Part shown: one piece after another, positions 45,608 to 55,393 of the stretch
Numbering within the stretch: position 1 is the stretch's first letter
Layout: each line of letters opens with the position of its first letter
NCBI GenBank assembly: GCA_035507575.1
Contig: DATJNY010000023.1
Coordinates: 39 to 64,038, forward strand
DNA from: Thermoplasmata archaeon
Lineage (GTDB): Archaea; Thermoplasmatota; Thermoplasmata; Lutacidiplasmatales; UBA184
Length of the DNA: 64,000 bases
Reading direction: 5' to 3'
Notes under the pieces: generated by a model
Told to the model about the DNA's origin: nothing
The model's input: only the letters and a program-made list of their open reading frames with translations
The model's database searches: none
Made by a program: the position numbers and the translations under genes

Positions 45608-46265
45608 CCCGCCGGCTCGGCCCCGTGCTCACCGGCTCGGCGACCTTGGCGTCGATCAGGAGCTTCGCGGCCTCCTCGGGCAGCGACAGCACGTCGTCCT
45701 CCCGCAGGTCGACGGTCTCCGATCCGATCTCGAGGGGGCGACCGCTCTTCAGGATCCGCACGTAAGTGAGCGGTGCCGCCGCGCGGGCCGCCCGGGCCGG
45801 GGCCGCCACGGTCCGGCCCGCCGGCTCCGGGGTGGCCGGAGGCGCGGTCGGCGCCGTCGGGGCCAACGCCGGGACCGCCGCGAGAGGCTCGAGGTACGGC
45901 GCGGCGGCGCGCCGATGCTCCGCGAGCGTGGCGAGAAGCTGGTCGAAGAGGGCGCGCTCCTCGGGGAGGGCGTTCGGCAGCTCGCGCGTCCCGCCAATGC
46001 TCGCCTGGAACGCCGCCGAGAGGACCTTCTGGGTGCGGGCCTCGATGATGTCGCGCCCGATCTGGCTCGCCCGCTGGTACGTCTGGCGCGAGAGATCGCC
46101 CTTCCGCCCGGACGGGTTCTCCCGCAGATCGATCTCGTAGGACCGGCGCACCTCAGCGAGGTAGGCCGTCGTCGACCGGAAGAAGTCGTGAGGCAGCTTC
46201 GCCAAGCCCCGCACCGCGGCCTCGTTGCGCCGCCATTCGAGCAGTTGCGAGTAGTGGTCGGGCAT
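45600..46265 (-). CDS. DNA replication GINS subunit (Gins51/Gins15 type)
   Basis: Helical A domain (LAKLPHDFF..) and C-terminal B domain (VRILK...DLREDDVLSLPE..AKLLI). Confidence 0.8.
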   Translation of the reverse strand: MPDHYSQLLEWRRNEAAVRGLAKLPHDFFRSTTAYLAEVRRSYEIDLRENPSGRKGDLSRQTYQRASQIGRDIIEARTQKVLSAAFQASIGGTRELPNALPEERALFDQLLATLAEHRRAAAPYLEPLAAVPALAPTAPTAPPATPEPAGRTVAAPARAARAAAPLTYVRILKSGRPLEIGSETVDLREDDVLSLPEEAAKLLIDAKVAEPVSTGPSRRVT

Positions 46266-46367
46266 GGCCCCGGTGGACGGAAGTCGGGGACACCCCAAGT
46301 AGTATAGGAGGTGTGCGGTGCGCCCAGCGCCCGGGCGACGTTTCCGGCCGCCCGGGCGGGGTCGACG

Positions 46368-46817
46368 ATGCGAAACGGACGCGCGCCGGCCGAGCCGCTC
46401 GACGCCTTCTTGGAATTGTGGCACCGGCTACGGAGCGACAGCGCCGAGCCAGGGACCGTCGTGGTCGTCGAGGGAGAACGCGACCGCACCTCGCTCCGCC
46501 GACTCGGCCTCCCCGGGTCGGTCGTGCTCGTCCATCGGGGCCGCGCCCTCGCCGGGACCGCCCACGACCTCGTCGGTCAGAGTCGACGCGTGATCGTGCT
46601 GACGGACTGGGACACGGAAGGCGGCCACCTCGCCCAGCGCCTCCGCGGGTTCCTCGAGGCCGAACGCCTAGAGTTCGACCTCGAGTACCGCCGCCGATTG
46701 GCCCGCATCGTCCGCGGGGAGCTGGTCCACGTGGAAGGGCTCTACGGATGGGCCCGGCGTCTCGCCGAGCGGAGCGGTCACGTGCTCGACGAGCTGCTCG
46801 ATCGGGACGGCGCCTGA
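46368..46817 (+). CDS. Small Toprim-domain protein (RNase M5-like)
   Basis: VVVVEGERD, VIVLTDWDTEG. Confidence 0.85.
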   Translation: MRNGRAPAEPLDAFLELWHRLRSDSAEPGTVVVVEGERDRTSLRRLGLPGSVVLVHRGRALAGTAHDLVGQSRRVIVLTDWDTEGGHLAQRLRGFLEAERLEFDLEYRRRLARIVRGELVHVEGLYGWARRLAERSGHVLDELLDRDGA

Positions 46818-46824
46818 GCGCGCG

Positions 46825-47439
46825 CTAGGGGATCGCCTTGTACTGGGTACGCCGCGTGTCGCGCCGGTTGCGCTGATACGAGGGGCGGAACCGCTCCGCG
46901 CCCTTCCCCTTCCACCGGAGTCCGCGGCCCTCCCGGCCGCTGCTGGTCAGCCCCCGGAAGACGCGACCCTTTTGCGCGGGCGCCGCGATCCAGCCGACCT
47001 GCTTGTCGGCGAGGATCTCGGGGCTGGCGGGGTCGATCAGGATGATCTCGAAGAACTTCTGCTTCCCGTCCTCCCCGACCCAGTAGGAATTCAACACCTC
47101 GAGATTCGGGTAGTGCTTCGCGGCCCGCTCTTCGGCGATCCGTCGGAGGCTCTTCTTGAGGGTCATCCGATTGACCCCCTTGTGCTTCGGCCGGCGACCG
47201 GCGATGATCTCGCGCTTCCGTTGTCCGCCGCGCCGCACCCGGACCCGCACGAGGACGAACCCGCCCTTCGCTTTGAAGCCGAGCGCACGCGCGCGGTCGA
47301 GGCGCGTCGGGTGCTCGAGGCGCGTGACCGTCGACTCCCGCCGCCACGTGAGCAGACGCTCGTGGCGAAGCTCGGCGCCCTCGTCGCCCAGGGTCTGCCG
47401 GAACGACCGGGCCATATGCCGGTACGCGGAGGAGCTCAT
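46825..47439 (-). CDS. rpl15e: 50S ribosomal protein L15e
   Basis: PTRLDRARALGFKAK, GRRPK, EVLNSYWVGEDG, RVFRGLTSSG. Confidence 0.96.
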   Translation of the reverse strand: MSSSAYRHMARSFRQTLGDEGAELRHERLLTWRRESTVTRLEHPTRLDRARALGFKAKGGFVLVRVRVRRGGQRKREIIAGRRPKHKGVNRMTLKKSLRRIAEERAAKHYPNLEVLNSYWVGEDGKQKFFEIILIDPASPEILADKQVGWIAAPAQKGRVFRGLTSSGREGRGLRWKGKGAERFRPSYQRNRRDTRRTQYKAIP

Positions 47440-47498
47440 GGAAAGCGGGGGGGCGACCCGAGCTCCCCCTATAAAGCTACGCGCCGCCGACGGGCGCC

Positions 47499-47945
47499 CT
47501 AGTTCTCGTCGGGGGACTTCGGCGCCGGCGTGGCGGGGTGGCCGTTCCCCAGCCAGGGCAAGCGGGAGTCCGAGGGCGGGGTGACTTTGGCGGTGGCGTG
47601 GCTTTCGGTGGCCACGGCGCGAACCAGGTGGCTCGAGATCTCCGCCACGAGGCGATCCATCCGGGAGCGCTCGTCCGCGGGGATCGTCGTCGGCTCCTCC
47701 CAGACGAGGGCGGCGCCTCCGCTGGTCGGGTAGAACCGGAACGCGAGCTCTCGGGCGGCCGGAGGGACGGCCGGGTTCATCCGCTCAAGGCGCCCGCGCA
47801 CTCGGCTCATCGACGGCTCCGCCGAGTCGGTCCGCTCGACGGTGTAGCCGATCGTCCCGAGATAGTCGGCAAGATACGTCGCGAACCGCTCGCGGCCGAT
47901 GCCGCGGACCCGCAGCCAGTCACCGTTGCTTTCGCCCATGCGCAC
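47499..47945 (-). CDS. Hypothetical protein (148 aa)
   Basis: Globular-looking alpha/beta composition; overlaps the TrmJ stop region in the same orientation. Confidence 0.6.
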   Translation of the reverse strand: MRMGESNGDWLRVRGIGRERFATYLADYLGTIGYTVERTDSAEPSMSRVRGRLERMNPAVPPAARELAFRFYPTSGGAALVWEEPTTIPADERSRMDRLVAEISSHLVRAVATESHATAKVTPPSDSRLPWLGNGHPATPAPKSPDEN

Positions 47946-48669
47946 CCCGGTTCATCGCGCGCTCGAGGCTCCGAAAGAGCCCGAGCATCATCCGATACTC
48001 CGCCTCGGTCGGCGTAGATCGGCCCAAGACGCGACGAAACAGGAGGATTAAACCCCGTCGTTTGTGCGGCGGGTAGCGAATTCGGCCCAGGAGCTCGTCC
48101 GTCCGGGCGAGAAACAGCTCCTTCTCCCGGCCGTTCAGCTCGAGGTCGAGGGGCGCGGGGGTGGTCTCGGGGTCCGCCGGGCCGCGCGCCCGGTGGACCG
48201 CATAGAGCAGGATCGCCACCGCGTGGGAGAGGTTGAGCGTCGGGAACTCCCGCCGGGCCGGAATGTGGACCAGGAGGTCGCAGAGCGCGAGCTCGTCCCG
48301 AGACAACCCATTGTCCTCGGGACCGAAGACGAGCGCCACGCGGCCGAGCACCGGGACGAGGATCTCACCGAGCCGTTCGGGGGCGATCGAACGCCGGAGG
48401 TACGCGGTGGAGCGACCGGTCGAGAGGTCCGTGGTCCCGACGACGAGGTCCGCCTCCGCGACGGCGCGCGCGAGGGACGGGGCGCGACGGGCCTGCTTCA
48501 GCAGGCCCAACCCCGCCATCGAGCGCCGACGGGCTTCGGGCCCGACGCGGGCACGCGGGGCGACGAGCACCAGACGCTCGGCCCCGAAGTTCCGGGCCAG
48601 CCGGGCGATCGCCCCGACGTTCCCGTCTTCTTTCGGTCGGACGAGAACGACCTCGATACGGGCCGTCAC
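47920..48669 (-). CDS. trmJ: TrmJ/TrmH-family SPOUT tRNA methyltransferase
   Basis: VVLVRPKEDGNVGAIAR, VFGPEDNGLS, PTLNLSHAV. Confidence 0.88.
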   Translation of the reverse strand: MTARIEVVLVRPKEDGNVGAIARLARNFGAERLVLVAPRARVGPEARRRSMAGLGLLKQARRAPSLARAVAEADLVVGTTDLSTGRSTAYLRRSIAPERLGEILVPVLGRVALVFGPEDNGLSRDELALCDLLVHIPARREFPTLNLSHAVAILLYAVHRARGPADPETTPAPLDLELNGREKELFLARTDELLGRIRYPPHKRRGLILLFRRVLGRSTPTEAEYRMMLGLFRSLERAMNRGAHGRKQR

Positions 48670-49706
48670 GCGGCGGCCCCTTCGGCGAACAGACGCGCGA
48701 TCAACCAGTCCGGATCAAACGGCCGGAAGTCCGCGTACCCCTGGCCGACCCCGACGAACAGGACCGGCTTCTTCGTGATGTAGGTCGCGCTGAGCGCTGC
48801 CCCGCCCTTCGTGTCGGCATCGAGCTTCGTGAGGATCAAACCGTCCACCCCGACCGCCTTGTCGAAGAGCCGGGCCTGCTCGAGCACGTCGTTGCCCGAG
48901 AGCGCGTCGCCGACGAAGACGGTGAGGGCCGGACTCACGACGCGACGGATCTTCTTCGCTTCCTCGATGAGATTCTCGTTGGTGTGCTGGCGGCCCGCCG
49001 TATCGACCAGGACGACGTCGATCCCCTTGGATCGCGCATGCTGGACCGCGTCGAAGGCGACCGCGGCGGGATCGCTCCCTTCCTGCTGACGCACGACCCG
49101 AATGCCGAGCCGCTCGCCGTGGACGAGGAGCTGTTCGATCGCGCCGGCCCGGAACGTGTCGCCGGCGGCGATCACCGAAGTGAACCCCTGCGCGCGGAGC
49201 CAGCCCGCGAACTTCGCGACCGTCGTCGTCTTGCCGGTGCCGTTCACGCCGACGAATAGGATCGTGTACGGCTTCGGCGCGTGCGCCCGGATCGCCGAGG
49301 GCAGGTCGAGCGTCGGCCGGATCAGCATCGCCCGCGCCGAGCGTTCGAGGCAAGAGCGGATCGCCTCGTCGGCGTCGACGCCGTACCGCAGTTTCTTTCC
49401 CGCGAGCTCCTTGCGAAGATCCCGGCTGAGCCGCTCGACGACGCGCAGGGCGACATCGGACTGCAGGAGCACGATCTCGAGGTCGTCCAGCACCGAGTCG
49501 ATCGTCGTCTCCTTGAGCCCCTTCCCGAAGAATCCTTCGGTGAAGATCTCCCCGTCCGCTTTCGGCCCGGCTCCACTCGCCGGCTCGGGGGCGCGCGGTG
49601 CCGGGGGCGGACCGCCCGCCGGCGTGGGACGATCGTCTTCGGGAACTGCGGGTCCCGCCGTGTCGGCGGGGCGGCCCCGCAGTCGCGCCTTAAGTGCGGC
49701 CCACAT
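48666..49706 (-). CDS. ftsY: Signal recognition particle receptor FtsY
   Basis: GVNGTGKTTT, DTFRAGA, DTAGR, TKLD, GVGQ. Confidence 0.95.
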   Translation of the reverse strand: MWAALKARLRGRPADTAGPAVPEDDRPTPAGGPPPAPRAPEPASGAGPKADGEIFTEGFFGKGLKETTIDSVLDDLEIVLLQSDVALRVVERLSRDLRKELAGKKLRYGVDADEAIRSCLERSARAMLIRPTLDLPSAIRAHAPKPYTILFVGVNGTGKTTTVAKFAGWLRAQGFTSVIAAGDTFRAGAIEQLLVHGERLGIRVVRQQEGSDPAAVAFDAVQHARSKGIDVVLVDTAGRQHTNENLIEEAKKIRRVVSPALTVFVGDALSGNDVLEQARLFDKAVGVDGLILTKLDADTKGGAALSATYITKKPVLFVGVGQGYADFRPFDPDWLIARLFAEGAAA

Positions 49707-50145
49707 CCGCGCCCGACCCCGCCCGCGAGAGCTCGTCGAGCCGCCGGGAGAGGATCTGGATCCGCTCGTCCAAGGTCGACATCTGGCCCTCGACATCCCG
49801 GATCGCCTGCTCGATCCGCCCCAGGCGTTGCGCCAGGAGCTCCGTCACCTTGCCGCGGTTCATCTCCACCACGACCCCGGAGCCCATCCCGATCAGAACC
49901 GGCGCCTCGCGGTCGACCGAGCCCCGAACGAACGCCTCTCCGCCCAGCGGCAGGAGGAGCTCCGCTCCGGGGTCCGCGCGATCGACGCCCTCGAGGCTCT
50001 CCCGGGCTCGCGCATGCTCGGCGCGGGAGTTGGTGAGGATCTGGTACTGCTGGAGGAGGGCGTTCAACTGGCTCCGATAGGCGTCGAGCCGCATCAGGTC
50101 CTCTTGGACCTGTTGCTCCGTGACCTCGGTGGAGTCGGCGCTCAT
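49690..50145 (-). CDS. pfdA: Prefoldin alpha subunit
   Basis: Coiled coils flanking LLLPLGG.AFV..VLIGMGSGVVVE; located between LX and ftsY. Confidence 0.9.
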   Translation of the reverse strand: MSADSTEVTEQQVQEDLMRLDAYRSQLNALLQQYQILTNSRAEHARARESLEGVDRADPGAELLLPLGGEAFVRGSVDREAPVLIGMGSGVVVEMNRGKVTELLAQRLGRIEQAIRDVEGQMSTLDERIQILSRRLDELSRAGSGADVGRT

Positions 50146-50330
50146 GCTCCCGGGGCCGCGGCGAGCTGATCGATCCGGATCTGATGGCGCTTCACGTGGT
50201 GGCAACTCCCGATCTCCGAGAGCACCCACTCGCGAGCCGCCGCCTCGGAGGCGACGTCGCACTCCTTCCGGAAGGGCTGCCAATAGCCGCGGCGCGCGTA
50301 GAACGAACCTTCCACCTTCCAGACCGGCAT
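50142..50330 (-). CDS. rplX: 50S ribosomal protein LX (eL20/L18Ae)
   Basis: WKVEG.F, FRKE, SEIGS.H.VKR..I.I. Confidence 0.9.
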   Translation of the reverse strand: MPVWKVEGSFYARRGYWQPFRKECDVASEAAAREWVLSEIGSCHHVKRHQIRIDQLAAAPGA

Positions 50331-50413
50331 AATGCGGACCTCCCGCGAAGCCGCCCACCAACGGGCGCCAGATAAGGGTGCCGAGGGGGCGGCTCATCGG
50401 CGGGAGAGCCGAC

Positions 50414-50635
50414 CTACTCGTGCCGTTCGTCGGGCGCCCGACGTCGGGACGCCTCGAACCGAGCTCGTTCGCGCCACCAGATGCGCTGGCGATCCCGCAA
50501 GGCCGCATCGGACGCGACAACCGTCGCGGGCCCTGTGGAGTCCGGCGCGCTCGACCCGGCGGTCTCGGGGGGCGCGTCGAGAGGGTCGGGCGAGGCCGGT
50601 TCGGTCTCGGGCGCGCCGAGCTGGCGTTGGGTCAC
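50414..50635 (-). CDS. Possible small hypothetical protein
   Basis: GTG overlaps the upstream TGA and the ORF fills the gap before LX, but it is low in complexity. Confidence 0.3.
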   Translation of the reverse strand: MTQRQLGAPETEPASPDPLDAPPETAGSSAPDSTGPATVVASDAALRDRQRIWWRERARFEASRRRAPDERHE

Positions 50636-51534
50636 GCGGTGAGTTGCGCGGCCGTCTTCCATCGATCCTCCACTTCAGCGTCGGTGAGACCCACGGTCGG
50701 CGAAAAGAGAACGAGATCTCCCCAACGGGCCCGCGCGTCCGGATATTCCTCGACCCGCATCGGGAGTACGATCCCCTCCGCATGGCTCTCCGCCCCGAGC
50801 TCCCCGAGCCTCCGGCCCCAAGCGGCCGGTTCCGGTTCGGACGCGGCGATCGGCGCCGACGGGTCGAAGCGCCCCAGCACCTCGCGAGCCAGGGAATCGC
50901 CCGGCGGAACCGTGACGAGCGACAGCCGGCACCCCCTCTTCATCATGAGAAACGCGCCGAGCGCGCCCCGAGGACCGTCCACGAGCGCGATGAGCCGACC
51001 CGCCACGCCGAGAGGGAGCCCGCCCGGGCCGCGAAGGCGATCGAAGGAGAGGTATGTGCGAGGGCCGCGCACCTCGACAAAGAGCTCCACCTCCGGTCGC
51101 TCGAGGTCGACGCGCAGCGCGCGATCCGCAAACCGCTCGAGCACGTCGCCCCCCAAGTCTCGCGCGAGCTCCTGGCTCGTGAACGGGTGCTGACCTCCGG
51201 TGCGCCGGGCGCGCACCGCGAACGACGCACCGGATCGGAGACGGGGCTCCGCCAGTTCGAGCAAGCGGTCCCGGATCGACCCGCGCTCGCTCGGGACCTC
51301 GTGCACGAGGCTGACCGAGGTGATGCCGAAGACGCGTTGCAGAACATGGGCCGCGCGAGGTCCGTCGTCCACCTCCACGTACAGGTGGCCGTGATCGGCC
51401 CGCAGCCGTCCGGTAAGCCCCTCGCGCACGAACTGGTCAAGGATGTTCCGCCGGAGATGGCTCTCGAACTCGCGCCGGACGGGAGCTGACTTGAGGGCCA
51501 GCTCGCCGTAACGAACGAGAATCTGCGCCGGCAT
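50632..51534 (-). CDS. ThiI-like THUMP protein with degenerate PP-loop
   Basis: ILVRYGELALKS, THUMP domain, GPGGLPLG, MMKRG; the SGGxDS loop is replaced by VDGPRG. Confidence 0.85.
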   Translation of the reverse strand: MPAQILVRYGELALKSAPVRREFESHLRRNILDQFVREGLTGRLRADHGHLYVEVDDGPRAAHVLQRVFGITSVSLVHEVPSERGSIRDRLLELAEPRLRSGASFAVRARRTGGQHPFTSQELARDLGGDVLERFADRALRVDLERPEVELFVEVRGPRTYLSFDRLRGPGGLPLGVAGRLIALVDGPRGALGAFLMMKRGCRLSLVTVPPGDSLAREVLGRFDPSAPIAASEPEPAAWGRRLGELGAESHAEGIVLPMRVEEYPDARARWGDLVLFSPTVGLTDAEVEDRWKTAAQLTA

Positions 51535-51582
51535 CGAGAATCATTAAGACGGCGGCTCCGATTAAGCGCTTCTCGAAGGTCG

Positions 51583-53385
51583 ATGGTGGTCGGGATCGAG
51601 ATCGATACGGCGGACGCTTCGGCCGACCCGGTCGCCCCGTTCGTCGAAGAGGTACTCGCCGGCCTCGAGAGCGTGCTGGGGTCGTTGGGGGCGACGACGG
51701 CTCGGTCGACGATCGCGACGAGCTTGAACCTCGACGGCGGTCCCGAGGGAGACGTCGCGTTCCCGGCCCATCGTGCGGCGGCCGCCGCCCGCAGCCCCCC
51801 CGACGCCTTCGCGGCTCGCATCGCCGGGGCGTTCCCCAAGAGCTCGCGGATTCCGACGGTCTCGGCGAAGGGCGCCTACGTGAACTTCTCGTTCGCCCCG
51901 TCGGCCCTCACCGCCGCCACGCTCGGCCTGATCCAGACCCGAGGTCCCGAGTACGGACACCGACCCGTCGGCGGTGGGGCCGCGTGCGTCGAGCACACGA
52001 GCGCCAACCCGACGGGCCCGTTCCATATCGGTCGCGTTCGGAACGCCATTATCGGCGACACGCTCGCCCGAGTTCTCCGGGCCGCGGGGCGACCGGTCAC
52101 CACCCAGTACTACGTCGACGACATGGGTCGTCAGGCGGCGATGGTCACCTGGATCTGGTCGAAAGCCGAGCGAGATTGGCCCGAGCCGATCCGGAAAGCG
52201 GTCGAGGGCCTCGGCGCACCGGGCGAGAAGGCCGATGCGGCCCGGGGTCGGCCCTACCCCGCGGTGAGCGCCTACCTCAAGGAGCACCCCGAAGCGCAGG
52301 CGGAGGTCGCCGACCTCGTCCGGCAGATCGAGCTCGGCGTTGCACCCCCGGGTCACCGGGAGAACGCGGAAGCGATCCTCGGTGGAATGCTCGAGTCCCT
52401 TGCGCGGCTGGGGATCCGGTTCGACGAATTCGTCTGGGAATCCGACTTCCTTCGCGACGGGTCCGTGGAGCGGGTCCTGGAGCGAATGCACCACGCCCCC
52501 CACGCCATCCGCGAGGAGAACGGAGCGTGGGCGATCGACGCCACGTCCTACGGACTTCCCAAGGAGTCGAACCGCGTGGTCTTCCAGCGGGCCGACGGCA
52601 CGAGCCTCTACGTGCTCCGGGACGTCGCGTACCACCTTGCGAAGTTCGCCCGATTCGCCGACGTCGTCGACGTACTGGGACAGGACCATCAGTTGCACGT
52701 GAAGACGCTGGACGCGCTCCTCGCCGAGCTCGGCGAGCGGCGCCGCCCGTCCTACCTGATCTATCAGGACATCACGGTGCCCGAGGGAGGACGGATGTCG
52801 ACCCGCAAAGGCTCCGCCGTCTGGCTGGACCAACTCCTCGACGAAGCGGTCGAGCGCGCTCGAGCGGAAGTGCTCGCCCGGCGGGAGGACCTGCCCGAGA
52901 GCGAGACGGACCGGATCGCGGAGGCGGTCGCCACCGGGGCCATCCGCTTCCACATCGTCCGCGTCGCCCCGGAGAAGCCGGTCGTGTTCCGATGGGAGGA
53001 CGCGCTGTCGTTCGAGGGTCGGAGCGGGCCCTTCGCCCAGTACTCGTACGCGCGGGCCTCGAGCGTGCTTCGCAAGGCCGGGGTCGGGCCGGGACCTCTC
53101 CCGTTCGAGGCCGAACGGCTCTCCCACCCGGAGGAGCTCGCGCTGGTGCGACTCCTCGCCCGATTTCCCCGGGCGGTCGCGTATGCCGCCCGAACGATGC
53201 ACGTCCAATCGCTCGCTGGATTCGCGCACGACCTGGCCGACCAGTTCAATCGATTCTACCATGCGGTGCCGGTGCTGAAGTCCGAAGAGGAGCGATCGAG
53301 CCGCATCGCCCTCGTCGCCGCGGTGCGGCAAACGCTCGGCAATGCCCTCGACCTCCTCGGGGTCGCCCGGCTCGAGACGATGTAA
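51583..53385 (+). CDS. argS: Arginine--tRNA ligase
   Basis: EHTSANPTGPFHIGR, MSTRKG, QYSYAR, FNRFY. Confidence 0.96.
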   Translation: MVVGIEIDTADASADPVAPFVEEVLAGLESVLGSLGATTARSTIATSLNLDGGPEGDVAFPAHRAAAAARSPPDAFAARIAGAFPKSSRIPTVSAKGAYVNFSFAPSALTAATLGLIQTRGPEYGHRPVGGGAACVEHTSANPTGPFHIGRVRNAIIGDTLARVLRAAGRPVTTQYYVDDMGRQAAMVTWIWSKAERDWPEPIRKAVEGLGAPGEKADAARGRPYPAVSAYLKEHPEAQAEVADLVRQIELGVAPPGHRENAEAILGGMLESLARLGIRFDEFVWESDFLRDGSVERVLERMHHAPHAIREENGAWAIDATSYGLPKESNRVVFQRADGTSLYVLRDVAYHLAKFARFADVVDVLGQDHQLHVKTLDALLAELGERRRPSYLIYQDITVPEGGRMSTRKGSAVWLDQLLDEAVERARAEVLARREDLPESETDRIAEAVATGAIRFHIVRVAPEKPVVFRWEDALSFEGRSGPFAQYSYARASSVLRKAGVGPGPLPFEAERLSHPEELALVRLLARFPRAVAYAARTMHVQSLAGFAHDLADQFNRFYHAVPVLKSEEERSSRIALVAAVRQTLGNALDLLGVARLETM

Positions 53386-53439
53386 CCGCGGCGCGAAGGG
53401 TCCAAATACGTTGGTTCCGCTCCGCCCCGCGAGGCAGAA

Positions 53440-53880
53440 ATGGGCTCGATCAAGGACGACTTCGTCGCGTTCATCAACAAGGGAAATCTGATCCAACTCG
53501 CGGTGGCGTTCGTCATGGGCGCGGCGTTTTCCGCGCTCATCACCGCGCTCGTGTCCGACATCTTCACGCCGCTGATCGGCATCGCCGGCCACTTCGACTT
53601 TTCCGCGTGGGTCCTCACCGTGAACGGGAGCACGATCATGCAGGGCGCCTTCCTCAACGCCCTGATCTCGTTCATCGTGATCGCGCTCGTCGTCTTCTTC
53701 GTGATCGCGCTCCCGTACCAGCGCTGGGCCGATCGGCAGGCCAAGAAGAAGGCGGCCGCGGCTCCGACGACCCGGGCGTGCCCCGAGTGCCTCTCGCCGA
53801 TCCCCCTCGCGGCGAAGCGCTGCTCGTTCTGCACGTCGGTCGTGGCGCCGGTTCCGGCGCCGGCCGCCGCGTCGAGCTAA
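53440..53880 (+). CDS. mscL: Large-conductance mechanosensitive channel with C-terminal zinc ribbon
   Basis: F..FINKGNLIQLAVAFVMG.AF..L; FLNALISF; tail CPEC..CSFC. Confidence 0.92.
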   Translation: MGSIKDDFVAFINKGNLIQLAVAFVMGAAFSALITALVSDIFTPLIGIAGHFDFSAWVLTVNGSTIMQGAFLNALISFIVIALVVFFVIALPYQRWADRQAKKKAAAAPTTRACPECLSPIPLAAKRCSFCTSVVAPVPAPAAASS

Positions 53881-54569
53881 CGGGGCCGGAGCAGCGGGTC
53901 GCGCACGCCCGCTTCCGCGAACCCGCGCGCCCGTAGCCGGCAGGAGTCGCAGACCCCGCACGGCCGGCGTCCGCCCGCGTAGCAGCTCCAGGTCAGCGCC
54001 CAGGGCACGCCGAGTCGCTCGCCCCGCCGGACGATACCGGCCTTCGAGCTTCGCAGGAGGGGCGCGCGGAGCTTCAGGCGCCAGTGCCCCTCGACCCCCG
54101 CCTTCGTGGCGAGCCGGGCGAGACGTTCGAACGCGCGAAGGAACGCCGGGCGGCAGTCTGGATATCCCGAATAGTCGATCGCGTTCGCCCCGATCCAGAT
54201 CGCGTCGAGCGCTCGACTCTCCGCATACCCGAGCGCGATGGAGAGGAAGATCGTGTTGCGGGCCGGCACGTACGTCGACGGGATCCTCCCGGTCGAGGTC
54301 AATCGCCGCGGAAGGCGGCGCCGGCGGTCCGTGAGCGACGAGCCGAGGAGCGGCCCGACGGGCAGCCGCACGATCGTGTGCTCGCGGACCCCAAAGTGTC
54401 GCGCGAGGGCTCGGGCCGAGCGCACCTCGCGAGCGTGTCGCTGGCCGTAGACGAGGGTGAGCGCGTGGACCGGTCGACCCTCCGCGGCCGCGAGTGCGAG
54501 GCACGTCGCCGAATCCATCCCACCCGAGAGCAGGACGACCGAGCCGCGCCGGCGGGGCGTTGGGGTCAC
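53877..54569 (-). CDS. queC: 7-cyano-7-deazaguanine synthase
   Basis: LLSGGMDS, YGQRH, TYVPARN, YSGYPDCR, WSCY, CGVCDSC. Confidence 0.95.
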   Translation of the reverse strand: MTPTPRRRGSVVLLSGGMDSATCLALAAAEGRPVHALTLVYGQRHAREVRSARALARHFGVREHTIVRLPVGPLLGSSLTDRRRRLPRRLTSTGRIPSTYVPARNTIFLSIALGYAESRALDAIWIGANAIDYSGYPDCRPAFLRAFERLARLATKAGVEGHWRLKLRAPLLRSSKAGIVRRGERLGVPWALTWSCYAGGRRPCGVCDSCRLRARGFAEAGVRDPLLRPR

Positions 54570-55327
54570 AGGGCGACCCCGGCGGCCAGGAGGACCCCGG
54601 CCGCGATCGCGATGGAGGAGAGCATCCCGAGGAAGTTCGTCGAACCCTTCGTGAGGTAGCCCCGGTTTTCGAGCGTCTCCCCGAGAAGGGAGTCGACCTG
54701 GCAGCCAAGGAAGCCGGCGCCCGCGACCGTCCCGAGGAACACCGCCGCGTTCGGCACGGGCGTTCCGAACAAACGGAACAATGCGAGCCCGACGATCGCC
54801 GTGAGCCCGCCGCCCACGAGCGCCCACGCCTCCCCGATCGCAGAGACCCCCCCGTTCGTGCCGGGCGGGACCGGTCGCCACGTGAGGATGCTCCGCGCGC
54901 TCCCGGCCAGGACGCCGAGCTCACTCGCGAAGGTATCGGCCGCCCCGAAGGCGAGCGCGCTCGCGTAGAGGACTGCCAACGACGGCGTCGACAGCACCGG
55001 GGGGACCCACCCCCCCGCGATCGCGAGGCCCGTCGGGAGCACGATGTGGGCGACCACGTTGGAGATGCCCCGTTCTCCGGCGGTGCCCTCCTGGACGTTC
55101 TTCCGCTGCTTCTCCTGGATGTGGTATCGGGTCGCGAGCACGCTCGCGACGACGAACAGGATCAGCATCGCGAGGAACGGGTACCCGACGAGGACCACGA
55201 TCGCCGCGCCGAACGCCGCCGCGACGACCCCCGCGATGGGGGTGAGCGCGCGGGCGGCCACGGCTCCGAGCGCCAAGCCGGCCGTGACCACGATGCCGAG
55301 CGCCGCCTCGAACGTTCCGAGCACCAC
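54566..55327 (-). CDS. DUF92/TMEM19 family membrane protein
   Basis: ADTFASELG, VPPGTNGGVS, DSLLG.TLE. Confidence 0.9.
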   Translation of the reverse strand: MVLGTFEAALGIVVTAGLALGAVAARALTPIAGVVAAAFGAAIVVLVGYPFLAMLILFVVASVLATRYHIQEKQRKNVQEGTAGERGISNVVAHIVLPTGLAIAGGWVPPVLSTPSLAVLYASALAFGAADTFASELGVLAGSARSILTWRPVPPGTNGGVSAIGEAWALVGGGLTAIVGLALFRLFGTPVPNAAVFLGTVAGAGFLGCQVDSLLGETLENRGYLTKGSTNFLGMLSSIAIAAGVLLAAGVAL

Positions 55328-55393
55328 GACGGGACCCGGCTCGGCAGTTGGTATCGAGTATAACGCCTTCCTCGACCGTCGCGGAGGCGCCCC

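Noticed and set aside
51562-54924. 1120-aa minus-strand ORF
   Set aside because: Antisense to argS and mscL and off-frame to queC.
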